A DNA stretch of 64,000 nucleotides from Nanobdellati archaeon (GTDB taxonomy: Archaea; EX4484-52; WAPT01), in assembly GCA_015520605.1 (NCBI GenBank), contig WAPT01000024.1, positions 25,732 to 89,731 on the forward strand, in the 5' to 3' direction. The first letter of the stretch is position 1; every line of letters starts with the position of its first letter. Positions 36,460-45,702 of the stretch are shown here, piece after piece. Made by a program: the position numbers and the translations under genes. Under the pieces are notes generated by a model. It was not told where the DNA came from. It did no database searches and was given only the letters and a program-made list of their open reading frames with translations.

Positions 36460-37161
36460 TTATCTCCCGAACCTTCTCTCCCTCCCGAAAAAATCTTTCA
36501 GCGCTTTTCCAAACTCATCCCTGCTGAACTCGGGCCAGAGAGCATCGCTGAAGTAAAGCTCGGAATATGCGGCCTGCCACAAAAGAAAGCCAGACAACCT
36601 TTTCTCACCGCCGGTCCTTATTATGAGGTCGGGATCCGGCATACCATTCGTATAGAGATATTTTTGGAAAAGTCCTTCATCTATGCTTCGTCTATCGATC
36701 TTCCCACCCTTCAAGTCATTCAGCAGTTTTTTGACACCATCAACTATTTCGGCTCGCCCTCCATAGGCTATCGCAAAATTGACAACATAATCATCGTAAT
36801 CTTTCGTTGATTCCACAGCCCTTTTTATGGCATCTTTAACATTAGATGGAAGCAGGTGAATCCTGCCTATCACGTTTATTCTAACACGGTTTTCATGAAT
36901 TTCCTTATCCCTTGGAATTGCGTCGAATTCCTTTTTGAATATCCTCATCAGCATTTCAAGCTCTCTTTTTGGCCTCTTTGTGAAATTTTCAAGCGATAAA
37001 GAATAGAGAGTCACATATTTGACATCAAGATCTCTGCACCACCTAAGCACTTCCCTGACCTTTTTGGCACCCCACTCGTGTCCCTTCCACGGCTTCTGCA
37101 TTAAACGTCTGGCAAATCTCCTGTTCCCGTCCATGACGAAGGCTATGTGCTGAATCTCCAT
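36460..37161 (-). CDS. uppS: cis-prenyltransferase (undecaprenyl/polyprenyl diphosphate synthase)
   Basis: HIAFVMDGNRR, SLENF, YGGR, DLIIRTGGE.RLSGFL. Confidence 0.96.
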   Translation of the reverse strand: MEIQHIAFVMDGNRRFARRLMQKPWKGHEWGAKKVREVLRWCRDLDVKYVTLYSLSLENFTKRPKRELEMLMRIFKKEFDAIPRDKEIHENRVRINVIGRIHLLPSNVKDAIKRAVESTKDYDDYVVNFAIAYGGRAEIVDGVKKLLNDLKGGKIDRRSIDEGLFQKYLYTNGMPDPDLIIRTGGEKRLSGFLLWQAAYSELYFSDALWPEFSRDEFGKALKDFFGRERRFGR

Positions 37162-37199
37162 ACTTCCCTTTTAAAGAAGGAAAAATTTATATGTGGCGT

Positions 37200-38420
37200 T
37201 TATCTCAAGATGGTGGCGAGCTTTATCAGCTTCGGTCTCCTCAGAAGGATTTTGGCAAGCTTTCTCAGGTTCTTGCCTCCGGCAAAATCAATTATATCCT
37301 GAACTGTCAGCTCATCAGCCAGGAAATTGAGGTCGTCATCGCTCATCCTTTCTATTACCTGCCTGAGTTTCTCAATCCTCCTGAGCTTTTCTCCCCTTTC
37401 CTTCCACCACAGCTCGTTAAACTTCGCTAAAGCATCATGACTGACATCCTCCCTATTCAGACACTCACAAATTACTTCAGCGGCTATCTCTCCGGCTCTC
37501 GTACCCTCATCCATGCCTCCGCCGTGTATGGGATTTACTGTATGGGCAGCATCACCAATAACAACAAATCCGTCCCTCACCATGTCCTTGAGCAACCCTC
37601 CAACAGGTATGCCGCCGGCGTTCTCCTCTATTACGCTTGCATCAGCAAAAATCTCTGGATGGTTCTCTATCCATGAGTCAAGGTACTCCTTTGCTTTTCT
37701 CTTGACTCCAGCCCCTCCCCCTATTCCTATGCCCACGTTCGCAACATGGTCTCCCTTGGGGAATATCCAGATGTAGCCTCTTGGAGCAATCTCGTTGCCG
37801 AGATAGAAGTAAAGCTTGTTTGCGTCTTTCAGCTTTAAGTTAGCCATCTCGTACTGGTAGCCGCTATCCACATTGATAAGCTTATTTGTGTTGTCTATGC
37901 CGGCTTTTCTTGCCATTTTCCCCTCTATACCCTCGGCTGAAACGACCACCCTGGCCTTTACCTCAAAGACATCTTCCCCGTACTTGATAACAACACCGCT
38001 TATTGCTCCATTATCCTTAAGCAGATCTACTACCTCTATCTTGGTGAATACCTTTGCTCCGGCTTTGGCGGCATCATAAGCTAAGAATTTATCGAAAACC
38101 TTCCTCTCAACCACACAACCTTGGGGTGAACCGTAATCCATCACGAATTCCTTGCCGTTTGGAGCGTAAAGGTAAAAGCCATCAATGTACTGTGCAACAA
38201 ACCTTTCATTACCGTTATAACCCATTCTCTGCAGAGCCTTGACACCTATGCCCTCCGCACATCTCTTGGGTGAGCCTATCTCAGCCCTCTTCTCAAACAC
38301 CGCAACGCTGAGACCTCTATCAGCTATCAGCTTAGCACACCTGCTCCCAGCTGGACCTGCACCTATGACAACAACATCGTAAGCGTTTTTTAAACCAACA
38401 GGCCTAGGGATTTCGATCAC
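37200..38420 (-). CDS. Geranylgeranyl reductase family (digeranylgeranylglycerophospholipid reductase-like)
   Basis: GAGPAG, PKRCAEG, YIWIFPKG, GDAA...GGG. Confidence 0.88.
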   Translation of the reverse strand: MIEIPRPVGLKNAYDVVVIGAGPAGSRCAKLIADRGLSVAVFEKRAEIGSPKRCAEGIGVKALQRMGYNGNERFVAQYIDGFYLYAPNGKEFVMDYGSPQGCVVERKVFDKFLAYDAAKAGAKVFTKIEVVDLLKDNGAISGVVIKYGEDVFEVKARVVVSAEGIEGKMARKAGIDNTNKLINVDSGYQYEMANLKLKDANKLYFYLGNEIAPRGYIWIFPKGDHVANVGIGIGGGAGVKRKAKEYLDSWIENHPEIFADASVIEENAGGIPVGGLLKDMVRDGFVVIGDAAHTVNPIHGGGMDEGTRAGEIAAEVICECLNREDVSHDALAKFNELWWKERGEKLRRIEKLRQVIERMSDDDLNFLADELTVQDIIDFAGGKNLRKLAKILLRRPKLIKLATILR

Positions 38421-38617
38421 CTCTCGACCTCGTTAGTGGGTTTATCCTCCAGCGTCATCGCCCCTACCGGACAGAAAATAACGCATGTTCCGCAACCATT
38501 ACATTTGCTTTCATTAATGATTATCTTCATATCCTCGAGAGATATGGCATCATGGGGACAAACTCCAACGCAGCCTCCACAACTTAAACAGATGGACGGG
38601 ATATTTTTCACTACCAT
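38417..38617 (-). CDS. 2x[4Fe-4S] ferredoxin
   Basis: CLSCGGCVGVCP and CNGCGTCVIFCP. Confidence 0.93.
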   Translation of the reverse strand: MVVKNIPSICLSCGGCVGVCPHDAISLEDMKIIINESKCNGCGTCVIFCPVGAMTLEDKPTNEVER

Positions 38618-39414
38618 TAGTGCTCCACCCTTTTGATCGATGGAGGGACGTCGATAAATACTAATTCCAAACCTTTAAATGTGTTTTTCAGCTTCCCTCC
38701 TAAGAACTGCAGTCCGTATATTTCTGTTTTGTAATGCGTCGCATAAAAAACGTTGACTCCCAGCTCCTCATGGTGAAAAGCATAACCGTGCTTGAACTCT
38801 CCACAAAGGAAGGAGTCAATATCAACAGCTCTTATCACATCTTCCAGCATGGACATGCTTGAGCCGGTGATTATGGCAAGCCTCTTTACATTCCTGCCCG
38901 CTTGCTGGAATTCAACACTCACCTTGAGCCTTTCCGCCAGAAGCCTTGCAAACTCTCCAGCATTCATCTCGCTTTCCAACTCAGTTATGAGCACATTTCC
39001 ATAAGGCCTACCATGCCTTTTTAACTCAACGAGCTCGAAGTTTTCAAAGCCCAGCGTTTTTGCAAGCGCCACATGATTTCCAACCTCCCTATGAAAATCA
39101 AGCGGGAGATGGGCAACGTAGAGAGAGATGTGATTTTCCATCAGCATCCTTACGAGCTTTCCTTTTACCCCAACAAGCCTTGCTTCATCATGCCTTGTGA
39201 AGATGCCGTGGTGGGTGATGAGCAGGCTTGCATTTCTTTCTGCTGCGCTTTCAACAACTTTCTTGTTGACATCACATGCGAGGCACACTGTCCTCACTTC
39301 ATCTTTAGCTTCACAAGCATCCACCACAAGCCCGTTCAGAACAACATCTCCGTAGTCATCATAGATGTTAAGATAGCGATCCAGAAAGTCCACCACTTCA
39401 TAAAGCTTAGGCAT
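38617..39414 (-). CDS. Nif3-like dinuclear metal-centre protein
   Basis: NGL, ITHHG, HLPLD.H, HYKTE. Confidence 0.9.
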   Translation of the reverse strand: MPKLYEVVDFLDRYLNIYDDYGDVVLNGLVVDACEAKDEVRTVCLACDVNKKVVESAAERNASLLITHHGIFTRHDEARLVGVKGKLVRMLMENHISLYVAHLPLDFHREVGNHVALAKTLGFENFELVELKRHGRPYGNVLITELESEMNAGEFARLLAERLKVSVEFQQAGRNVKRLAIITGSSMSMLEDVIRAVDIDSFLCGEFKHGYAFHHEELGVNVFYATHYKTEIYGLQFLGGKLKNTFKGLELVFIDVPPSIKRVEH

Positions 39415-39546
39415 AAGGAAAATTGAGACCTTAGACTTAAATATCATTTACCGGGATCTAAACGCTGCCCCATATAGCATGATCTGGTTTCACAAACAGA
39501 CCCGAGGCTTCTAATGTACCTCTGATTCGGGATCAACACATGCTGT

Positions 39547-40563
39547 TTAACTCATCAGCTCTTCAACCACAGCGGGCTTATTTTCCTTGAATTCCCTCGC
39601 GGTCATCACATCTTTGCCAAGCTTTTTTGCAAGCTTCCACATTTCGGCTGTATTCTCTCTGAATCTTGGCTCTCTTGGTAGATGGTGGTCCCAGATAAAA
39701 AGTTCAAAATCAATCTTCTGAATCATCCTGCAAGCATTGTTTATCGCCCTCCTTAAATTCTCACTGCTGAGCAGGTAGCCAAGCATGTATGTGTTAGGGC
39801 CGTCCACCACAAGATAGTTCGGTTTTTCCCTTATCATAACTTCGGCATATTTTTCGATTATAGGCCCGCAGAGATCTGAGCTGTAAAGGAGCTTTTTACT
39901 TCCCTCCTCCACCACGACCATGAACACCCATCCAACGCGAGAGCACTCAACGCAATGAAAAATAGGTCCGATGGTTTTCAGTTTTGTCCTGCCGAATGAA
40001 AGCTCGAGATTGTCCGCAAACCTTATTTTAAGGTTATCAAAATCCGCTTCCTCGATCTTTCTGTAACTCTTCCACTTTTTCACCCTTGCCTGAAACCACT
40101 TCACATGCTCCTCATCCATCTCGCTGAGCTTAACAACGTCCAGCACATCAGCTCGGTCAAACTCCTCACGTTTTTGATGGTTTCCGGACTTAATCTCTTG
40201 GTCTCCAAACCATCTCCAGAGGTTTTCGAAAAATCTCAGGGCTCTGCCTCTCTGCGAGTCATTTATGTATTTGTTCGGGTCTTTGGTAAGGAGGAGCTTA
40301 CCCTCATAGATGTGTATTCTGTCAGGGCTGTGATGATCGTAATGGTAATGTGTGACTACAACAACGTCAGCTCTCCTCGCGGCTTTTTCCACCTCGTGCC
40401 AGCCTTTCTCCAACCAGAACAGCTTTTTGGGCAGGCTTGCCGGAAAGCTCCTGTGCATAGTTGCCACGCCCGGATCGATGAGTATAGATACATCTTTCGT
40501 TTCTACAAGAACACACGAAGATTTTGCCCCGAAGGAATCGAACCAGACAAGTTCAAAGTCCAT
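39547..40563 (-). CDS. Metallo-beta-lactamase-fold hydrolase (UPF0282-like)
   Basis: DSFGAKS, IDPG, THYHYDH, DHHLPR. Confidence 0.85.
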   Translation of the reverse strand: MDFELVWFDSFGAKSSCVLVETKDVSILIDPGVATMHRSFPASLPKKLFWLEKGWHEVEKAARRADVVVVTHYHYDHHSPDRIHIYEGKLLLTKDPNKYINDSQRGRALRFFENLWRWFGDQEIKSGNHQKREEFDRADVLDVVKLSEMDEEHVKWFQARVKKWKSYRKIEEADFDNLKIRFADNLELSFGRTKLKTIGPIFHCVECSRVGWVFMVVVEEGSKKLLYSSDLCGPIIEKYAEVMIREKPNYLVVDGPNTYMLGYLLSSENLRRAINNACRMIQKIDFELFIWDHHLPREPRFRENTAEMWKLAKKLGKDVMTAREFKENKPAVVEELMS

Positions 40564-40707
40564 AAGTAGAAGTATCATAATGAAATTTTATATACATCTT
40601 TTCTTTGGGCAAAAATCATTGCAGCATTTTCCTTACAGTAGGTGTTGCTTTACTTGAGGGGGCTCTTGGTTGGTGATACGGGTGGTGAAAAGTGGTATAT
40701 TGCGAGC

Positions 40708-41820
40708 TCAAGCACAGAATTGGAAATTGATGCACAAAAAATAAAGCACACAACAGCAGATAATCGGAATTGTAAGGTTATCGTCAAGTAGCATATTAAG
40801 CTTGCTGTGCTCTCTGTGCGGGAGAGACTCCACCAAGCTTGCTATGATTCCGTTCAGGAAAGCCAGCATCCCCGGCAAAAATGGAAGTGAGCCGACAAAT
40901 GAAAAGAAAAGGCACGAGAGCATTCCCTCAAAACTCTTAGCTCTATTGTACGGAAGCCTCATTCTCCCCCATTTTCTACCCACAACAGTAGCCATCCCGT
41001 CTCCGAGAGATAAAGCGGCTATACCACTTGCAGCTATACTGCTCGGAAATAAATACGTAACGATGGTGGCACTCAAAAAGAAGAACACGACACCCCTTAG
41101 CGGGAAGCTCTTAATGTCCTCACCTCTCTCAGCATTCTCGATGAGCTTCATAATATCCTTGGGTAGTGTTTGCCTTTTAATGAGCACCGAAGCAATCATA
41201 GAAGCTGCTGTGATCACCGTCAGATACACCACCGCTTTGCTGGAGTATTTCCACACAACCAGCCCTATTATGTATCCCACCACTATGTGTATTCCCTTCC
41301 TCGCCTTCTCGCTCTCGATCCTCTCATTCCATATACTCCAGCAAATAAGAACAAGAGTTAAGGAGATGATCCATCCGGCGACTATATCAACAAGGTAGTG
41401 AAGGAGCAGCACCCATCTTGACATACTCACAAGCATAGCCCACAGAAAAAGCAAAATTTTCATGTTCCTTTTCATGGCTTTCCCCGCAAACATAACTAAA
41501 GTTAAAAAGATGAAAAGAGAGAGCGATGCGTGCGTTGAAGGGAATGATGAGCCTATGTGATAAGTTACGGCTTCCACCCCATACACCTCATACGGTCTTG
41601 GAACGGATGTAAGGTGCTTCACACCATAAACACACACAAGAAGGATAGCGAGCATACACAACATAAGAGAAAAAATTTCCCTTCTTTTCATGTAGAAGAA
41701 AACAATCCAGAAGATGAACACAGGATATAATGAGTAGGAAAGGATGAGCGAGAGCTTTAGTAGAATGCCATTACTATGAAGAACAAGGGCAGCTTCCTTC
41801 TCGAAGGCAAAGTGAATCAT
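40708..41820 (-). CDS. PAP2 phosphatase fused to a dolichol/phytol-kinase-type domain
   Basis: KHLTSVPRP, FPSTH, SRWVLLLHYLVD; then RKGIH, LGDGMATVVG, KSFEG, DDNLTIP. Confidence 0.85.
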   Translation of the reverse strand: MIHFAFEKEAALVLHSNGILLKLSLILSYSLYPVFIFWIVFFYMKRREIFSLMLCMLAILLVCVYGVKHLTSVPRPYEVYGVEAVTYHIGSSFPSTHASLSLFIFLTLVMFAGKAMKRNMKILLFLWAMLVSMSRWVLLLHYLVDIVAGWIISLTLVLICWSIWNERIESEKARKGIHIVVGYIIGLVVWKYSSKAVVYLTVITAASMIASVLIKRQTLPKDIMKLIENAERGEDIKSFPLRGVVFFFLSATIVTYLFPSSIAASGIAALSLGDGMATVVGRKWGRMRLPYNRAKSFEGMLSCLFFSFVGSLPFLPGMLAFLNGIIASLVESLPHREHSKLNMLLDDNLTIPIICCCVLYFLCINFQFCA

Positions 41821-41874
41821 GGTAAAAAGAAGTATAGCTAACCTTTATATTTTTGAAAAAGCAAATCTTGCATT

Positions 41875-42648
41875 ATGACAAAAATAATAGCCGTTATTTC
41901 CGGAAAGGGTGGCGTGGGTAAGACAACTTTAGTTTCAAATATGGCTGCTGCACTTTCCAAAGCGGGAAAGCATGTACTGATCATAGACGGAAACGTGAGC
42001 GGCCCGAACCTTACAGCACACCTCGGTATTCCTGAAACACACCCCATAACTCTAAACGAGGTTATAAAGAATGAGGCTTACATACTCCATGCTATCTACC
42101 AGCATCCTCTTGGTTTCAAGGTCATTCCTGCCTCCATGGCGGAATTGCAGGCTGAGCTGGGTGGGCTTGAGAAGCACCTTGCAAGGCTTATAGGAGTGTA
42201 TGATGTCATTCTTATAGACTCAGCTCCGGGTGTAAACGATGAGGTCAGGGCAGCTATTGAAGCGAGTGATGAAGTCGTTGTCGTCACAACTCCTGAAGTG
42301 CCGGCTGTACAGAATGCAAAGATGGCCGTAGACTTCGCGAGGACTCTGGGGAAAAGTATAGCCGGAGTCATAATCAACATGCAAAGGAATGAAAGACACG
42401 AACTTAAGCCGGAGGAAATAGAAAGAATGCTCGAAACGAGGGTGCTCGGCGTTGTAAAGGAACACAGTAAAGTGAGGGAAGCGATATCAAAAGCTATTCC
42501 TGTCTATGCTTTAGATCCCTACATAAGGCCATCAAGAGAAATAAGGCGAATAGCACATCTTCTGCTGGAGGAGTCTCCGCCCAAAGAAAGCCTGAGAGAA
42601 AGAATAATTTCATTGCTTAAAGCTGAGATCCACATCAACATCAGGTAA
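41875..42648 (+). CDS. minD: MinD/ParA-family ATPase
   Basis: SGKGGVGKTT, IDSAPG, VTTPE. Confidence 0.88.
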   Translation: MTKIIAVISGKGGVGKTTLVSNMAAALSKAGKHVLIIDGNVSGPNLTAHLGIPETHPITLNEVIKNEAYILHAIYQHPLGFKVIPASMAELQAELGGLEKHLARLIGVYDVILIDSAPGVNDEVRAAIEASDEVVVVTTPEVPAVQNAKMAVDFARTLGKSIAGVIINMQRNERHELKPEEIERMLETRVLGVVKEHSKVREAISKAIPVYALDPYIRPSREIRRIAHLLLEESPPKESLRERIISLLKAEIHINIR

Positions 42649-42679
42649 CTTTGCTTAAGAGAGAAACTTTGAGCCGCGC

Positions 42680-43075
42680 TTAAATGAACTTTTTCTCAAG
42701 CTCGAGCAGTTTCTTCTTGAGTTCAACACCGTAGGAGTAACCACCAATGCCTCTAACGCCCACCACTCTATGACACGGTACAACTATCGGCAGCGGGTTT
42801 CTTGCACAGAGCATACCGACTTTTCTTGGATGCATACCAAGCATTTTTCCGAGCTGCCCGTAGGTTATTGTGGAGCCATACTCTACCTTAAGAAGGGATT
42901 CAAGAAACAGTGCTAGTTCATCATCAATCTTTGAGTAGTCTAGCGTGACGTCAAATTCCTTCCTTTTACCCTGCAGGTACTCTTCAAGCTGTTTTTTCAG
43001 TTCTTCCTCGCTCTTAGGGCTAAGAAGAAAGGAGGTGTCAATAAAAACCTCATGTTCAAAGATTTTTACCTTCAT
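42680..43075 (-). CDS. ogt: Methylated-DNA-protein-cysteine methyltransferase
   Basis: [18 protein letters not shown]. Confidence 0.93.
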   Translation of the reverse strand: MKVKIFEHEVFIDTSFLLSPKSEEELKKQLEEYLQGKRKEFDVTLDYSKIDDELALFLESLLKVEYGSTITYGQLGKMLGMHPRKVGMLCARNPLPIVVPCHRVVGVRGIGGYSYGVELKKKLLELEKKFI

Positions 43076-43476
43076 GCACCCGCCTGAGCAGGGGCCTTGA
43101 TCAGAACAGCGTTCACAACTCCGTCCTGCCCTGGTCTGCTAGTAACTTTTGCAAGCGAGCCATTCTCGAGCTTTATTATCGCACCCTTCGTTATTATTTT
43201 CTCCCTCACAAAGTGTGGATTCGCTTTGTTCTCAACAACATCAACTATCTTCATTTTCGTTGCCTTACCACTTTCGGGGTCAACAACATTAGCATACTCT
43301 GCCTTCTTTAACCTGAACTTGTAGTTTCCACCCCTAACTCTTATGATCTCAAGCCTCGTACTTCCCACCTTTGTCAGAGCAGGAAGCCTACCAAGTTCGT
43401 ACTTCTTGTGCTTTCTGTGGGGTTTGTACCTCCCTCCAGTGGGTTTTCTTTTTGAACGGCTGTGCCATATCGCCAT
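43072..43476 (-). CDS. rps8e: 30S ribosomal protein S8e
   Basis: [24 protein letters not shown]. Confidence 0.96.
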   Translation of the reverse strand: MAIWHSRSKRKPTGGRYKPHRKHKKYELGRLPALTKVGSTRLEIIRVRGGNYKFRLKKAEYANVVDPESGKATKMKIVDVVENKANPHFVREKIITKGAIIKLENGSLAKVTSRPGQDGVVNAVLIKAPAQAGA

Positions 43477-43564
43477 AGGCACCACGCGAAAAAGAATGAT
43501 AATGGTAATCTTTAAATAAGTTATCATGTATTTTATTGTGTAACCCTACGGAGTGGTGCTGAAT

Positions 43565-43798
43565 ATGGATAAGAGACCCATAGATGTGCTGGACAAGTCA
43601 AAGGGAAAGCGGGTTTTCGTACAGCTTAAAAATGGCTCAAAGCTCAACGGGATTCTTGAAGCTCTGGATATGCACCTTAATCTGTGGCTCTCAGATGCTG
43701 AACTTATAGATAACGAAAGCGTTAAAAAACTTGGGGATGTTCTTATAAGAGGCGATACTGTGGTTTTTGCATCTCCGGAGGAGGAAGTGAAAAAGTAA
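43565..43798 (+). CDS. Sm-like (LSm/SmAP) protein
   Basis: RP.DVL, DMHLNL, IRGDTV; adjacent to rpl37e. Confidence 0.92.
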   Translation: MDKRPIDVLDKSKGKRVFVQLKNGSKLNGILEALDMHLNLWLSDAELIDNESVKKLGDVLIRGDTVVFASPEEEVKK

Positions 43799-43814
43799 TG
43801 CGGTGTGATGTTTT

Positions 43815-44030
43815 ATGGCTGCCGTGAGACGTTACACTGCAGGCAGACCTTCCTTTGGAAAGAAGCAGAAGCGCACCCACAAGGTGTGCAGGAGGTGTGG
43901 TAGACACGCGTTCCACATAACCAAGAAGTACTGCGCAGCTTGCGGTTTTGGGAGGAGCAAGAGGCTCAGAAGCTACAGCTGGCAGACGAAGAAGAAGGTT
44001 GCTGTTTCTGTGGTTAGCAGGAGGAAGTGA
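43815..44030 (+). CDS. rpl37e: 50S ribosomal protein L37e
   Basis: THKVCRRCG...CAACGFG. Confidence 0.95.
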   Translation: MAAVRRYTAGRPSFGKKQKRTHKVCRRCGRHAFHITKKYCAACGFGRSKRLRSYSWQTKKKVAVSVVSRRK

Positions 44031-44148
44031 AAAAGACCGGCGCTTTTCTAACCCCATAATCTCGTTAGGTAATGTGTCCTTGTCTTACTCCGATCAACAT
44101 TTTTAAAAATTATCCCGCCAATTATAGTCTCATCCATTCCTGGGTTTT

Positions 44149-44222
44149 GCGCCGGTAGTCTAGTGGTATGATACCGCCCTGCCACGGCGGGGGCCCGGGT
44201 TCAATTCCCGGCCGGCGCACCA
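44149..44222 (+). tRNA. tRNA-Gly(GCC)
   Basis: Anticodon arm CCGCC-CT-GCC-AC-GGCGG; CCA encoded. Confidence 0.96.
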
Positions 44223-44258
44223 AATTCTTATTTAATATTTACAAGCAGAATTCTACCT

Positions 44259-44630
44259 ATGTCCGCAACAAGAACAAGAAAACCTTCCAGAAAGCCAAAG
44301 TGGCAGAGAGAGATAGCAAAGGAAAGAATAGAGATCTTGTTCAGGCTGGCTGAGAAGGAATTCTCCTCTGGCAGGAAGGATCTGGCCAACCGTTACGTTA
44401 ATCTTGCCAGAAAGATAGCAATGAGGTACAACGTTAGGATACCAGCACATCTTAAAAGGAGGTTCTGCAAGAAATGTCACGCTTATCTTGTGCCGGGAGT
44501 TAATGCCAGAGTGCGCATCAGATCAAAACAAAAGTATGTACTCATAACATGTCTTGAGTGTGGATACAAAATGCGCTTTCCGTATGTAAGGGAAAAGAAG
44601 GAAAGAAAAGGAGGAGAACTTCAAGCTTAG
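44259..44630 (+). CDS. rnp4: Ribonuclease P protein component 4 (Rpp21)
   Basis: IAKERIEIL, KRRFCKKC, TCLECG.KMRFP. Confidence 0.94.
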   Translation: MSATRTRKPSRKPKWQREIAKERIEILFRLAEKEFSSGRKDLANRYVNLARKIAMRYNVRIPAHLKRRFCKKCHAYLVPGVNARVRIRSKQKYVLITCLECGYKMRFPYVREKKERKGGELQA

Positions 44631-44635
44631 TTAAG

Positions 44636-44710
44636 GGGGTGCTCATTTACCCCGGAATAGATCATCCGCGTGTCAGCGCTCAGTCTCTGACGGTAAAATC
44701 ATCGTACCCC
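44636..44710 (-). ncRNA. Box C/D guide sRNA
   Basis: Terminal stem GGGGT/ACCCC; C (GATGA), guide TTTTACCGTCAGAGA, D' CTGA, GCG/CGC stem, C' GGATGA, guide TCTATTCCGGGGTAA, D ATGA. Confidence 0.75.
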
Positions 44711-44781
44711 GAAGATAATTTTAAAACGGAACGTTAAAAGGTTTTCCTCGAACAACAACTTAATTAATCATATTATTCATT

Positions 44782-45633
44782 TTAAAGGGGTTCATATACA
44801 ACCATCGTGGATTTTCCGTCAGGCTCTCCTCTAAGCTCAACTATCCATCCGAACCCATTCCCATCGCTATTCCGCTTCTTCAGAGGACTTCCATTCTGCA
44901 TAACAGCGCAGTAACTGCACCATGTCATTTTTTTCTGGTGGTAGTGTCCAAAATCAGAAAGATGAGGCGCTTCATAACCATTCCTTATACTCTTGAAGAT
45001 ATAGTAATCGGCATACTTCTCTATACATCCTCCGTTGTTTCCCTGCGGGTGTAGAAGGTCGATGATGTATTCGCCGTTCAGCTCAACTCTCGCAAAACCC
45101 ACACCGATAACCTCGATGTCAGCTCTATCTTCCAGAACTTCCCTGAACACCTCCTCGGCATCCTTCCATCCAATCTTTCCTGATTCCTTTCCGAGCAGGA
45201 TACCAGTAGCATGAGTGTCGTGGTTGCCCAGCAAGAGGTAGTACTTATTGTCCTCAACCTCTGGTAGGCATTTCTTGAACTTTTCCACCTGCTCCCTCAC
45301 TATGGCTCCCCCAAGCTCTTCAGAAACTCTGAGGTTGTAAGCACTCTCAACCACATCCCCAACAAGAAAATGGGTTCTTACACCCGTGCTGATCGCTTCC
45401 GAAAAATATTTTCTTATCCGAAGCTCATCACAGTCCGCATGCCCAATATGGTGGTCGGAGCTGAGAGAAACAAGAACCTTATCCTTAAGCTCGAGGGTGA
45501 AGGGTGAGCGGAGCTGCCTCTCAATCTGGTTGTAATGGACATCTAACCATTTTATCGTCCCGTTGTGCTTGGAGGACATCGAGCAGGCCTCCCGCGATAT
45601 CCAAACATATTGGATCTCTATAATGACCTCCAC
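44782..45633 (-). CDS. Metallophosphoesterase-family protein (start uncertain)
   Basis: SDHHIG, GDVVE, GNHD, GHYH. Confidence 0.75.
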   Translation of the reverse strand: MEVIIEIQYVWISREACSMSSKHNGTIKWLDVHYNQIERQLRSPFTLELKDKVLVSLSSDHHIGHADCDELRIRKYFSEAISTGVRTHFLVGDVVESAYNLRVSEELGGAIVREQVEKFKKCLPEVEDNKYYLLLGNHDTHATGILLGKESGKIGWKDAEEVFREVLEDRADIEVIGVGFARVELNGEYIIDLLHPQGNNGGCIEKYADYYIFKSIRNGYEAPHLSDFGHYHQKKMTWCSYCAVMQNGSPLKKRNSDGNGFGWIVELRGEPDGKSTMVVYEPL

Positions 45634-45702
45634 GTTTCAATTATATAAATTTTTGGGCAGCTTTCCGAGCTCTTTTTAAAGCTATCCTGTTTAATACAAC
45701 CT

